A stretch of DNA of 64,000 nucleotides from an uncultured Parachlamydiaceae bacterium (GCA_963780445.1 CAWACC010000008.1:12523-76522); one strand, 5' to 3'. Shown: positions 19,855 through 32,365, counted from the stretch's first letter. Program-made: numbers and translations. The notes: generated by a model not told the origin, from the letters alone.

Positions 19855-20988
19855 ATGCTGGAAACCAAAGAGAAGAAAAAAACAGGCGGATTAGCCGGCG
19901 TTGTGGCCGGAGATTCTGCCATCTGCCTTTGCGGAGCGGAAGATCAAAGCCTGAGATACCGTGGCTATTCCATAGAAGATCTCGCACGCCATTCCACCTT
20001 TGAGGAAGTGGCGTGGCTGCTGCTTCGAGGAGGATTGCCCTCTCCAAGTGAATTGCATGACTACCGTCTAAAACTGAAAAAAATGAGGGACATCCCTCCC
20101 GTTCTAAAATCCGTTTTAGAGAAAATCCCTCCCCACACCAACAGAATGGACGTCCTTCGGACCGGATGCTCCTTTCTAGGAAATTTGGAACCGGAAACGC
20201 CCCAATCCGAGCCCTTTGCCATTGCAGACCGCTTGATTGCCTGCCTGGGCTCTTTGCTATTTTATTGGGACCACTTCCAAAAGACCGGAAAATCGCTAGA
20301 CCTCCATACCCCGGAAGAAAGCTTGGCAGGGCATATCCTGACCCTGGCGCTGAATCGCAGGCCGGAGGAAGAACACCGGCGCTGCCTGGATGTTTCCTTA
20401 ATACTCTATGCCGAACACGAATTCAATGCCTCCACTTTTACTGTAAGAACGATTGCAAGTACCCTATCCGATTTCTATTCAGCTATCTGCGGAGGGATCG
20501 GAGCTCTTCGCGGGCCTTTGCATGGGGGTGCAAACGAATGGGCCATGGCCCTGGTCCAACAATTTAATACTCCCGAACAGGCGGAATATGAAATACGGCG
20601 CCTCCTGGCAGAAAAGCAATTGATCATGGGATTCGGCCATCGCGTCTATACGACATCCGATCCCCGATCCGCCATCATCAAGGAATGGGCAAAAAAATTA
20701 GGGAGCCATGCTAAAGACGGGTATTTGTTTCCCATTGCGGAACAGATTGAAAAAGTGATGTGGAATGAGAAAAAGCTCTTTCCCAATCTGGATTTTTATA
20801 GCGCATTGGCTTACCACTTTTGCGGTATTTCCACAGAAATGTTCACTCCCCTGTTTGTCCTGTCCAGGATAAGCGGTTGGTCCGCCCATCTCCTGGAACA
20901 AAGGGCTAACAACAAACTCATCAGGCCCATAAGCCATTACACAGGCCCTGCACCCCGCCCCTATCCAAAACAAGATACACGGCCCTGA
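19855..20988 (+). CDS. prpC: 2-methylcitrate synthase / short-form citrate synthase
   Basis: 377 aa with the citrate-synthase signature [14 protein letters not shown]. Both the size and the immediately adjacent PrpD gene favour a PrpC assignment. Confidence 0.75.
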   Translation: MLETKEKKKTGGLAGVVAGDSAICLCGAEDQSLRYRGYSIEDLARHSTFEEVAWLLLRGGLPSPSELHDYRLKLKKMRDIPPVLKSVLEKIPPHTNRMDVLRTGCSFLGNLEPETPQSEPFAIADRLIACLGSLLFYWDHFQKTGKSLDLHTPEESLAGHILTLALNRRPEEEHRRCLDVSLILYAEHEFNASTFTVRTIASTLSDFYSAICGGIGALRGPLHGGANEWAMALVQQFNTPEQAEYEIRRLLAEKQLIMGFGHRVYTTSDPRSAIIKEWAKKLGSHAKDGYLFPIAEQIEKVMWNEKKLFPNLDFYSALAYHFCGISTEMFTPLFVLSRISGWSAHLLEQRANNKLIRPISHYTGPAPRPYPKQDTRP

Positions 20989-20989
20989 A

Positions 20990-22420
20990 ATGGATACTGA
21001 AGCTGATGCAATCAACCAAACGATTGCCGAATATGTCCACGACTATAAAATAACGAGCGATGAGGCATACCTTACGGCAAGGTATTGTCTGGCAGATTCC
21101 ATAGGGTGCGCCTTGCTGGCATTAAAATTCAGGGAGTGCACAAAACTGCTGGGCCCGGTGGTTCCCGGAACTGTGGTGCCCGGCGGCTCAAGGGTTCCCG
21201 GGACCTCGTTCATCCTCGATCCGGTCCGTGCAGCTTTCAACATAGGCGCCATGATCCGATGGCTGGATTTTAACGATACCTGGCTGGCGGCGGAATGGGG
21301 CCATCCTTCCGACAATCTTGGCGGGATTTTAGCCGTCGCCGACTTTGTTTCGCAAAAAATGGAGGCCGCCCGCCAACCTCCCCTGAAAATTTCGGACCTG
21401 CTTACGGCGATGATCAAAGCGTATGAAATCCAGGGAATCCTGGCTCTGAAAAACAGCTTTAACCGGGTGGGATTCGATCATGTCATACTAGTAAAAGCCG
21501 CTACGGCAGCTGTGGCCACACAGCTTTTGGGAGCCACCAAAGAACAGATTTTCAATTCACTCTCGAATGCGTGGATCGATGCGGGCCCTTTAAGGACCTA
21601 TCGGCATGCTCCCAATACGGGTTCGCGAAAATCGTGGGCGGCAGGCGATGCCGCCAGCCGAGGAGTGCAATTTGCTTTTATGGCCCTGCAAGGTGAAATG
21701 GGCTATAAGACGGCTTTAAGCGCTCCCCAATGGGGATTGTACGATGTGCTGTTCCAGGGAAAGCCTTTCATCCTGGAAAGGCCTTTGGGTTCTTATGTCA
21801 TGGAAAACATTCTGTTTAAAATAGCTTACCCTGCCGAATTCCATTCCCAAACCGCCATAGAATGTGCCATCCAACTGCATCCTCAAGTAAAAGACCGCTG
21901 GGAGGAAATCAAATCCATAGAAATAGGCACGCACGAATCCGCCATCCGCATCATAGACAAAAAAGGAGAACTTAAAAATCCAGCCGATCGCGACCACTGT
22001 CTGCAATATATTGTCGCCATTGGCCTTCTCTATGGGGATTTAAAAGCAGAGCACTATGAAGATGAAATCGCAAAAAATCCCCTCATCGACAGGCTGCGCC
22101 ATAAAATGACGGTAAAGGAAATCCCTTCCTACAGTTCGGATTACCTCCATCCGGACAGACGGTCCATACCCAACAGCATTAAAATTACAATGAGGGACCA
22201 AACAATATTGGGCCCCTTGGCCATCGAATACCCTTTAGGACATCGAAAACGCCGCAAAGAAGCATTGCCATGGCTTCTCAAAAAGTTTTATGCCAATTTA
22301 CAGCCAAGATTCCATCCGGACAAAGCGGCAGGGATTTTAAACCTTTTCCAACAACCTCACGACCTGCTGGATTTGCCAGTTTCTAATTTCTGTCAGTTGC
22401 TGGCGTCCCCTGAAGCATAA
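20990..22420 (+). CDS. prpD: 2-methylcitrate dehydratase (MmgE/PrpD family)
   Basis: 476 aa; the start lies 1 nt after the prpC stop. PrpD-like N-terminus ([19 protein letters not shown]) and length. Confidence 0.8.
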   Translation: MDTEADAINQTIAEYVHDYKITSDEAYLTARYCLADSIGCALLALKFRECTKLLGPVVPGTVVPGGSRVPGTSFILDPVRAAFNIGAMIRWLDFNDTWLAAEWGHPSDNLGGILAVADFVSQKMEAARQPPLKISDLLTAMIKAYEIQGILALKNSFNRVGFDHVILVKAATAAVATQLLGATKEQIFNSLSNAWIDAGPLRTYRHAPNTGSRKSWAAGDAASRGVQFAFMALQGEMGYKTALSAPQWGLYDVLFQGKPFILERPLGSYVMENILFKIAYPAEFHSQTAIECAIQLHPQVKDRWEEIKSIEIGTHESAIRIIDKKGELKNPADRDHCLQYIVAIGLLYGDLKAEHYEDEIAKNPLIDRLRHKMTVKEIPSYSSDYLHPDRRSIPNSIKITMRDQTILGPLAIEYPLGHRKRRKEALPWLLKKFYANLQPRFHPDKAAGILNLFQQPHDLLDLPVSNFCQLLASPEA

Positions 22421-22853
22421 AGACATCCGTAAAGCCGGAATACAGCTTCGCCAACCCCATTAAAATAGTGGATGCTATAATACTCGATACAATGGCAACA
22501 GCAGCCATATTGATCGTAATGCCTAAAATGGCCGATGCGATCAGGGAACTGACTGTGACACTGACTGCTATGCGGATGAGTTGATAAAGTGGTTTCTGCA
22601 AACTTTCCTTGAAAGGCAATTGCTCGAGTACGGCTTTTGCAATCAAATCCACCACAGTAAAAATAGCGACAGCCGCGCACGCATCCCATGGCTGAATCGC
22701 CAGATTGGCAGATCTTCCCAAGACAACTTTACCAGGATTCAGCCATAGGGCCACCGCATTGATAAAATGGCCTGAAAAATAACCGATTCCCGTTTGCAAT
22801 ATCATGGAACCGGCATGATAAACAACATTTTCTATATTGCGAACTGATATCAT
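22383..22853 (-). CDS. Hypothetical small membrane protein
   Basis: 156 aa with several hydrophobic helices. Its 3' end overlaps the convergent prpD 3' end by 38 nt. No recognisable domain. Confidence 0.45.
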   Translation of the reverse strand: MISVRNIENVVYHAGSMILQTGIGYFSGHFINAVALWLNPGKVVLGRSANLAIQPWDACAAVAIFTVVDLIAKAVLEQLPFKESLQKPLYQLIRIAVSVTVSSLIASAILGITINMAAVAIVSSIIASTILMGLAKLYSGFTDVFMLQGTPATDRN

Positions 22854-22945
22854 ACGAACCTATTTTGATTTGGACTACTAGAAACACTATAGCTTTTATG
22901 CGTCTTTCTGTAAATTGGAATATATAGGAAAAGCAAGGGTCGTTG

Positions 22946-23070
22946 TTCTTCACCACTGAGACACTGAGATCACTGAGAAAATATGAGATAATTGAGAGGG
23001 ATTATAATTTAGGCATCTATCTCATTATCTCATACCTTCTCAGTGATCTCAGTGGCTCAGTGGTGAAGAA
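22946..23070. repeat. Family-A (CACTGAG) palindromic element, copy 2
   Basis: TTCTTCACCACTGAGACACTGAGATCACTGAGAAAATATGAGATA ... TCTCATACCTTCTCAGTGATCTCAGTGGCTCAGTGGTGAAGAA. Confidence 0.9.
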
Positions 23071-23097
23071 TGACTTAGGTATTATTTAGGAGCAAAA

Positions 23098-24135
23098 ATG
23101 AACTCCCACCTTTTTAAAAATAAAACCGTCCTGATCACAGGGGGTACCGGCAGCTTTGGACGCTCTTTTGCCAAACGGCTCCTGACTGAAAATGAATGCA
23201 CCAAAGTGATCATCTTCAGCAGGGATGAATGGAAGCAATGGGAAATGCAACAATCAGATCCCATTTTCAAGCACCCCAAAATCCGCTATTTCTTGGGAGA
23301 CGTCCGTGACTCCACCCGCCTGATGCGGGCCTTCCACGAGGTCCACTATGTAATCCATGCCGCGGCCCTGAAGCAGGTGCCTGCTGCTGAATACAATCCC
23401 GGCGAATTCATCAAAACAAATGTATTGGGCGCCATGAACATCATCGAGGCCGCCATCGATTGCCAGGTGGAAAAAGTGATTGCCCTCTCTACAGACAAAG
23501 CCGTCAACCCCATCAACCTATATGGAGCCACCAAACTGTGCTCAGACAAACTGTTTATAGCCGGCAATGCCTATGTGGGCGCCAGAGGAATTCCCCGATT
23601 TTCAGTCGCCCGATATGGCAATGTTTCCGGAAGCCGCGGCAGCATTATCCCTTTTTGGGCCGGGCTGCTGGCAGAAGGAGCCGCATCGCTGCCCATTACA
23701 GACAGCCGCATGACACGTTTCTGGATCACCCTGGACCAAGCCATCGATTTTGTAGAAAAATGCTTTCAGGAAATGCGGGGAGGTGAAATTTTTGTACCGA
23801 AAATCCCCAGCATCCACATTGAAGACCTGGCAGAAGCCATGGCTCCTGGATTACCTAAAACCTATTGCGGAATCAGGGACGGAGAAAAATTGCATGAACT
23901 CATGATCAGCTCCGACGACGCAAGGCATACCATCGAATTCTCCGATCATTATGTCATCATTCCCGAAGCCTATATCCATGATCTCCATAAGCTCGCCAAA
24001 TTCTTGGATGGGCGGGAAGGTCAATTCACTCCGGAAGGCTTCTGTTATACCTCGAATAACAACACCCAGTGGCTGAAGGTTGAAGAACTGCGAAAACTAG
24101 TCAAAAGGGAAGGGACTAAAGGCAAAGGGACATAG
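23098..24135 (+). CDS. UDP-N-acetylglucosamine 4,6-dehydratase-like SDR (PseB/FlaA1/CapD family)
   Basis: 345 aa with Rossmann motif VLITGGTGSFG and catalytic YGATK. The last roughly 10 codons (REGTKGKGT*) are encoded by the family-B repeat. Confidence 0.8.
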   Translation: MNSHLFKNKTVLITGGTGSFGRSFAKRLLTENECTKVIIFSRDEWKQWEMQQSDPIFKHPKIRYFLGDVRDSTRLMRAFHEVHYVIHAAALKQVPAAEYNPGEFIKTNVLGAMNIIEAAIDCQVEKVIALSTDKAVNPINLYGATKLCSDKLFIAGNAYVGARGIPRFSVARYGNVSGSRGSIIPFWAGLLAEGAASLPITDSRMTRFWITLDQAIDFVEKCFQEMRGGEIFVPKIPSIHIEDLAEAMAPGLPKTYCGIRDGEKLHELMISSDDARHTIEFSDHYVIIPEAYIHDLHKLAKFLDGREGQFTPEGFCYTSNNNTQWLKVEELRKLVKREGTKGKGT

Positions 24136-24217
24136 GGACATAAGGGACCTAAGGGACTAAAGGGACAAAATTCATAATTTTATGTCCCTTAGGTCCCTTA
24201 GGTCCTTTAGGTCCCTT
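24105..24217. repeat. Family-B (AAGGGAC 9-mer) palindrome, copy 1
   Basis: The left arm has about 6 units of NNAAGGGAC, the loop is AAAATTCATAATTTTA, and the right arm is TGTCCCTTAGGTCCCTTAGGTCCTTTAGGTCCCTT. Confidence 0.9.
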
Positions 24218-24292
24218 CTCCTTTTCCCATTGGCAAGAAAAAAAATATTATTTATAACTATTTTTTTTGAATACTGCCTACAGGAGACACGC

Positions 24293-25306
24293 ATGCGCAT
24301 TGGAGTCATTGGCCTAAACCACAAATTGGCGGATCTAAAACTGCGTGAGAAATTAGCTAAAGCCTGCCATCTCCACTTTTCCATGGGGCAAAACCGCCAC
24401 CAACAACACTACTTTGTCCTGCTCTCCACCTGTAATAGGACAGAAATCTATTTCACTTCGGAAGAACTGGCAGAAGCACATTCCTATCTGTTGTCTCTTT
24501 TAAGGATGGAAATCCAGGACAACTTTGATCAAAAAATGTACTCCTATTTTAGCTACGACTGCTTTTTACATCTTTGCAGAGTCACCGTGGGATTGGATAG
24601 CGCCATCATTGCCGAAACAGAAATCCAGGGACAAGTAAAAACAGCCTATGAAAACGCCATCCAATATACCCAGCTGCCTTATGAGCTCCATTACCTGTTT
24701 CAAAACTGTTTGACGATCGGAAAAAAAATACGCTCTACCCTTCCCATCAAACCGGGTTTGCCCGATCTGGAACACTCTATTTTTCAGGCAGGAACACAAT
24801 TTTTCCAATTCCCATACCAGATACCTATCCTGTGCATCGGAGCTTCAGAGATCAATAAGAAAGTCATCGCTTTTTTGAGAAAAAAACGCTTCGAAAATAT
24901 CACTCTCTGCAATAGGACAGCCTCCTATGCCCAAGAAATTGCAGAAAAAGAGAAAATCCACTACGGCGATTGGGATCTAGTGCATTCGTGGCATAAGTAT
25001 GATTGGATTATCTTTGGAACAAAATCGCCCAGCTATCTAATCAATAGAAGCCAACTGCCGGAACATATTGGCCGAAAATTGATAATTGATTTGAGTGTTC
25101 CGCGAAATGTAGACCCTCGCTTAGGCCAAAACGTCAATATTGACCTGCTCAATATTGATCATTTAAATCAAACCCTTAAAATACGGCGAAAAAAACTGCA
25201 TCAATTGGTAACCCTAGCCGAAGAAATGGCCATACAAGCCGCAAAGCAAAAAGTGCTAGGTTTTCATCTCAGACACCAGCGAAGCCTGGTATACCAAGCT
25301 GGCTAA
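24293..25306 (+). CDS. hemA: Glutamyl-tRNA reductase
   Basis: Start reassigned to MRIGVIGLNHK (AGGAG SD 7 nt upstream). Contains the HemA catalytic motif LSTCNRTEIY. The track ORF start at 24182 reads through the repeat arm and is rejected. Confidence 0.85.
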   Translation: MRIGVIGLNHKLADLKLREKLAKACHLHFSMGQNRHQQHYFVLLSTCNRTEIYFTSEELAEAHSYLLSLLRMEIQDNFDQKMYSYFSYDCFLHLCRVTVGLDSAIIAETEIQGQVKTAYENAIQYTQLPYELHYLFQNCLTIGKKIRSTLPIKPGLPDLEHSIFQAGTQFFQFPYQIPILCIGASEINKKVIAFLRKKRFENITLCNRTASYAQEIAEKEKIHYGDWDLVHSWHKYDWIIFGTKSPSYLINRSQLPEHIGRKLIIDLSVPRNVDPRLGQNVNIDLLNIDHLNQTLKIRRKKLHQLVTLAEEMAIQAAKQKVLGFHLRHQRSLVYQAG

Positions 25307-25310
25307 ACCA

Positions 25311-25445
25311 ACCAATAACGGTACGTCCTTTTATGAGAAAGTAGCCAGAGCGTCCCGCCCTGGCACAGGCCGAGACGGACTGGTTACCTTTTCATGCTTC
25401 GCCTTGCCATAACTTTTAGGACGTAACAATAACGTCCTTAACGAC
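25311..25445. repeat. Family-D palindromic element, copy 1
   Basis: GGTACGTCCTT...ATGAGAAAGTAGCCAGAGCGTCCCGCCCTGGCAC...CTGGTTACCTTTTCATGCTTCGCCTTGCCATAACTTTTAGGACGTAAC. Recurs at 26448-26600, with partial copies at 39228-39270 and 60765-60802. Confidence 0.85.
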
Positions 25446-25541
25446 ATTTTTATTGTAGATTCTTAAATTCAAATTTGGTAACATATTTGTTCAAGAATAT
25501 GAAAAAAAAAATATAACCCTAAAAATTAATTAGAAGATTTT

Positions 25542-26462
25542 ATGCAAAGTGTAAATACAAGTTTACCTATAGTTTATCCATCATTTCAAAACCTGGAAAG
25601 TGGATGGAACATGCTTCCTCAAGATCTATCAAACATTATTTTTACCTACGCTGGCGCGGAAAATCTTCCTTCGCTAGCTTTAACATGCAAAAATTGGTCC
25701 GTTCTAGCTGATAATAAAGAATTTAGAGAAAATATACGGCCTGCCGGAATTTTTGGGACTAAGGAATGGAAAGAAACTTTTGATGTCAATGCCGGTGAAG
25801 AACCTATTTTGCCAAGATGCGCCTACGCGGAAATGAAAGATGATAAGTTTCAGATCATTTTAGTTCCTGAAAAAGTTAAGGATGAGAAGGATGAAATTAA
25901 TCTATATAGTAAAGAAGGGATAGATAAACTATTAAAAAAAACAAAAAAATTAACTTTAAGGACAAATTGCGGTTTTATTTCAAATTCCTTCAAAATAGTC
26001 AAACCTGAGAAAACACACTGGCTATCTATTGCAAAAGACTATATAGATGGCGGTGATTATTACAATGGACAATTCCATGACATAGCAAAAAGACCGGTAT
26101 CTGTACCAACCGGATTTTTCGGGTGTGATGTAAAACTTATACAAGCAAAAAAAGGAGAAGACATTTCTAGGCTCATAGATACTATAATAACTCGTAGTAT
26201 ACGATATATCACAGAGCCTGTTTATGGACAAAAATTTTTAGTTGTTAAAGAAAAAAGAGATTCTAAAACTCATATATGCATCCATATTGATGGCAAGCTA
26301 TTGTGCGTTGGACATCCTGAAAATTATTCTTATGAAAATTGGACCTATAATATTACTTTGGCGAAAAGATATTTTGCTTCTGAACAAAATGCAATGGAAA
26401 TCTGTGATCCTGATAATGCAATTAAAAAAACGACCTTAACGACCTTAACGGTACGTCCTTAA
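25542..26462 (+). CDS. F-box-like protein with a C-terminal domain of unknown function (paralog family 1, copy 1)
   Basis: 306 aa with an F-box-like segment LPQDLSNIIFTYAGAENLPSLALTCKNWSVLADNKEFRENI. Nearly identical to 26700..27593 and related to 59724..60581. The last 13 aa (KKTTLTTLTVRP) are read from family-C/D repeats. Confidence 0.65.
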   Translation: MQSVNTSLPIVYPSFQNLESGWNMLPQDLSNIIFTYAGAENLPSLALTCKNWSVLADNKEFRENIRPAGIFGTKEWKETFDVNAGEEPILPRCAYAEMKDDKFQIILVPEKVKDEKDEINLYSKEGIDKLLKKTKKLTLRTNCGFISNSFKIVKPEKTHWLSIAKDYIDGGDYYNGQFHDIAKRPVSVPTGFFGCDVKLIQAKKGEDISRLIDTIITRSIRYITEPVYGQKFLVVKEKRDSKTHICIHIDGKLLCVGHPENYSYENWTYNITLAKRYFASEQNAMEICDPDNAIKKTTLTTLTVRP

Positions 26463-26600
26463 AAAGTCATGGCACCACATGACTTTTTATGAGAAAGTAG
26501 CCAGGGCGTCCCGCCCTGGCACAAGCCGAGACGCCTGGTTACCTTTTCATGCTTCGCCTTGTCATAACTTTTAGGACGTACCAATAACGTCCTTAAGAAC
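26425..26600. repeat. Family-C units followed by family-D element, copy 2
   Basis: AAAACGACCTTAACGACCTTAACG followed by GTACGTCCTT...AGGACGTACCAATAACGTCCTTAAGAAC. Relative to copy 1 it has an extra hairpin AAAAAGTCATGGCACCACATGACTTTTT. Confidence 0.85.
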
Positions 26601-26699
26601 ATTTTTATTGTAGATTCTTAAATCCAAATTTGGTAATATACATGTTCAAGAATATGAAAAAATAAAAAATATAACCCTAAAAATTAATAAGGAGATTTT

Positions 26700-27593
26700 A
26701 TGCAAAGTATAAATACAAGTTTACCTATAGTTTATCCATCATTTCAAAACCTGGAAAGTGGATGGAACACACTTCCTCAAGATCTATCAAACAATATTTT
26801 TACCCAAGCTGGCGCGGAAAATCTTCCTTCGCTAGCTTTAACATGCAAAAATTGGTCAGTTCTAGCTGATAATAAAGAATTTAGAGAAAGTATACGGCCT
26901 GCCGGAATATTTGGCGCTAAGGAATGGAAAGAAACTTTTGATGTAGATGCCGGTGAAGAACCTAATTTGCCACGATGCGCCTACGCGGAAATGAAAGATG
27001 ATAACTTTCAGATCATTTTAGTTCCTGAAAAAGTTAAGGATGAGAAGGATGAAATTAATCTATATAGTAAAAAAGGGATAGATAAACTATTTAAAAAAAC
27101 AAAAAAATTAACTCTAAGGACAAATTGCCCTTTTATTTCAAATTGCTTCAAAATAATCAATCCCGAGAAAACACACTGGCTATCTATTGCAAAAGACTAT
27201 ATAAACACTGGTGGCTATTACAATGGTCAATTCCATGACATAGCAAAAAGACCGGTACACGTACGAATGGGATCTTGTGTTGTAAAACACATTCAGGCAA
27301 AAAAAGGAGAAGATATTTCTAGGCTCATAGATACTATAATAGCGCAAAGTATAAAATATATCAAAAAGCCAGATTTTAAAATGAAATTGTTCGTTGTTAA
27401 AGAAAAAATAGATTCTAAGACCCATATATGCGTCCATATTTACTTTGACATGCTTCATGGAATGGAATTGTGCGTTGGACATCCTGAAAATTATTCTTAT
27501 GAAAATTGGACCTATAATATTACTTTAGCAAAAAGATATTTTGCTCCTGAAGAAAATGCAATGGAAATCTGTGATCCTGATAATGCAATTTAA
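26700..27593 (+). CDS. F-box-like protein (paralog family 1, copy 2)
   Basis: 297 aa, a tandem duplicate of 25542..26462 (start-to-start period 1158 bp) with the same N-terminus and F-box-like motif. It stops at a TAA just before the family-C repeat. Confidence 0.65.
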   Translation: MQSINTSLPIVYPSFQNLESGWNTLPQDLSNNIFTQAGAENLPSLALTCKNWSVLADNKEFRESIRPAGIFGAKEWKETFDVDAGEEPNLPRCAYAEMKDDNFQIILVPEKVKDEKDEINLYSKKGIDKLFKKTKKLTLRTNCPFISNCFKIINPEKTHWLSIAKDYINTGGYYNGQFHDIAKRPVHVRMGSCVVKHIQAKKGEDISRLIDTIIAQSIKYIKKPDFKMKLFVVKEKIDSKTHICVHIYFDMLHGMELCVGHPENYSYENWTYNITLAKRYFAPEENAMEICDPDNAI

Positions 27594-27662
27594 AAAACGA
27601 CTTTAACGACCTTCACGACGATAATAAAAATGTCGTTAAGGTCGTTATTGTCGTTTGTCGTT
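27594..27662. repeat. Family-C (AACGAC) palindrome
   Basis: AAACGACTTTAACGACCTTCACGACGAT / loop / GTCGTTAAGGTCGTTATTGTCGTTTGTCGTT. Confidence 0.85.
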
Positions 27663-27705
27663 AAATAAAAAAAAGCCTAGGCCAGCCCATTCCCAATGCA
27701 GTTAA

Positions 27706-28404
27706 TTACTTTCGATTTAAATCATATCTAAATGTTGAAATCCAGGTTTGAAATTCTTCAAGACTGCACCTATCGTCAATAAAGTTATGCGAAGGGTCTG
27801 GCATTACTTTGTAAAATGTAACAGTAAAGTCATTATCATAAATAATATAATAAATAAAAACTAGATATTCAGAAGTATAAGAGGTTGGATTAATTTTAAA
27901 CGAATAAAAGAATGCCTCTTTACCATTCAATTTCACCCATTTTTCTTCCAACATCTGTGTTAATTGGGGGTTTATTGCGGACTTAAAACCTTCCCCTAAT
28001 TTATGACCCATCTCATATTTTACTTTTTCTGGTATAGGACCACTTTTGGCTACAGCACAGCCGTATTGATTTCTATTCAATGCTCCCGGGCCGAAACTTG
28101 CATAGGAAAAATGCACATTATCTTCTCGCCTAAAGGACTTTTCCCCTATCGTTAACCATTCCTTGTCATTATTACTAAAAGAAGGTGGAATACCAATGGT
28201 AAACACACCTGGCAATGTACCAATGTGGTTGGTATATTGCGTCTCTTCCAATACACCTTGCGTCCGCTTTTTTGCCGGCATAAAATTTCCAAATCCATTC
28301 CCTCCGGTTTTCACCAGACCTTGAAAAAAGTCTAATTCCTGCATTGCTTGGCAATTTTGAAATAATATAAAAGAACATACAAACAAAATTAATATTTTAC
28401 GCAT
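27706..28404 (-). CDS. Hypothetical secreted protein
   Basis: 232 aa with an N-terminal signal peptide MRKILILFVCSFILFQNCQA. No recognisable domain. AT-rich. Confidence 0.5.
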   Translation of the reverse strand: MRKILILFVCSFILFQNCQAMQELDFFQGLVKTGGNGFGNFMPAKKRTQGVLEETQYTNHIGTLPGVFTIGIPPSFSNNDKEWLTIGEKSFRREDNVHFSYASFGPGALNRNQYGCAVAKSGPIPEKVKYEMGHKLGEGFKSAINPQLTQMLEEKWVKLNGKEAFFYSFKINPTSYTSEYLVFIYYIIYDNDFTVTFYKVMPDPSHNFIDDRCSLEEFQTWISTFRYDLNRK

Positions 28405-28502
28405 AAGCCTCCATTTAAAAAATTTTATAATCTAGCGAATCCAGTATAATTAATTAGGAAATATAAAATCAATTAAAAAGCAGTTCTTGCGAAAATTTGA
28501 GT

Positions 28503-28665
28503 AAAGGGACGAAAGGGACCTAAAGGACATAAGGAACCTAAAGGACATAAGGGACAAAACGACAAACAACGATAACGACCTGAACGACAATAACGACCTT
28601 AACGACAAACGACTTGTTTATTGTCGTCGTTAAAGTCGTTATTGTCGTTAAAGTCGTTTGTCGTT
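28503..28665. repeat. Family-B direct array (28503-28555) abutting a family-C palindrome (28556-28665)
   Basis: AAAGGGACGAAAGGGACCTAAAGGACATAAGGAACCTAAAGGACATAAGGGAC, then AACGAC-unit arms around the loop TTGTTTATT. Lies immediately downstream of the 5S rRNA. Confidence 0.9.
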
Positions 28666-28678
28666 AAATAAAAAAAAA

Positions 28679-28794
28679 GCCTGGCGGCGACCTACTCTCC
28701 CACACTCTTGTGTGCAGTACCATCGGCGATGAAAGGCTTAACTTCTGAGTTCGGAATGGGGTCAGGTGTTTCCCTTTCTCTATTGCCACCAGGC
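28679..28794 (-). rRNA. rrf: 5S ribosomal RNA
   Basis: The reverse complement reads GCCTGGTGGCAATAGAGAAAGGGAAACACCTGACCCCATTCCGAACTCAGAAGTTAAGCC...GGGAGAGTAGGTCGCCGCCAGGC, followed by a T-run. Confidence 0.93.
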
Positions 28795-29023
28795 AAGAAT
28801 ATCTTCGAATCCCTAGGGCTCTGTGCCCTAGTTGCCTAGGGCGATGCCCTAGGCTTCTACATACCAGGCTTTCAGCCTGATGATCGGATTTTGAATTCAC
28901 TTACAAAAATCAACGCTTGAGGTTATTCTTCACACACTCATTACAACTGTGATTTTACTAAACTTGCGACCACTCTTTCTTTATAGACGCTTTCTTAAGG
29001 TCCTTATTCACGTCTTCTTAAAA

Positions 29024-31967
<2,944 letters not shown>

Positions 31968-32275
31968 AAAAATTTATTCTTTGTTCAGCTGTAATATATT
32001 GTTGTTCGATCTCTCGAACATTGAGCTACGATGAGTATTGATTACTAGCTTCTTTTATGCCTTAGTCGCGGTCTGCACCTCTGCATATTTTTATGTGTGA
32101 AGATTATTCCTCAACGCCGTTGACTTTTTGGTCATGTGAATGCCTATATGTAGTTTCCCGCTGATTTGTCAGATCGTAAGTCTGATGATATTGAATAATT
32201 TAGCTTGGCAACGGTTACGATCGTTCAATCTGCGTAGACTGTGATAGCATACTGCACCGCAAAGCATAAAATTCA

Positions 32276-32349
32276 GTCGGTTACCAAGACTTGAACTTGG
32301 GACCTCGACATTATCAGTGTCGCGCTCTGACCAACTGAGCTATAACCGC
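32276..32349 (-). tRNA. tRNA-Ile (anticodon GAT)
   Basis: Reverse complement GCGGTTATAGCTCAGTTGGTCAGAGCGCGACACTGATAATGTCGAGGTCCCAAGTTCAAGTCTTGGTAACCGAC. Anticodon loop CTGATAA. No CCA is encoded. Confidence 0.85.
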
Positions 32350-32365
32350 TTATGCTTGTTAACCA

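Noticed and set aside
24182-24292. N-terminal extension of hemA (MSLRSLRSFRSLLLFP...)
   Set aside because: This is the translation of the family-B repeat's right arm. A canonical HemA N-terminus (MRIGVIGLNHK) with a good SD begins at 24293.
27650-27690. The sequence after the family-C palindrome (TGTCGTTAAATAAAAAAAAGCCTAGGCC) resembles the 5S rRNA 3' flank and terminus at 28653-28690
   Set aside because: The similarity is mostly the shared family-C arm plus an A-run and fades within about 10 nt of the 5S end. It more likely reflects a common repeat flank than a 5S pseudogene fragment.
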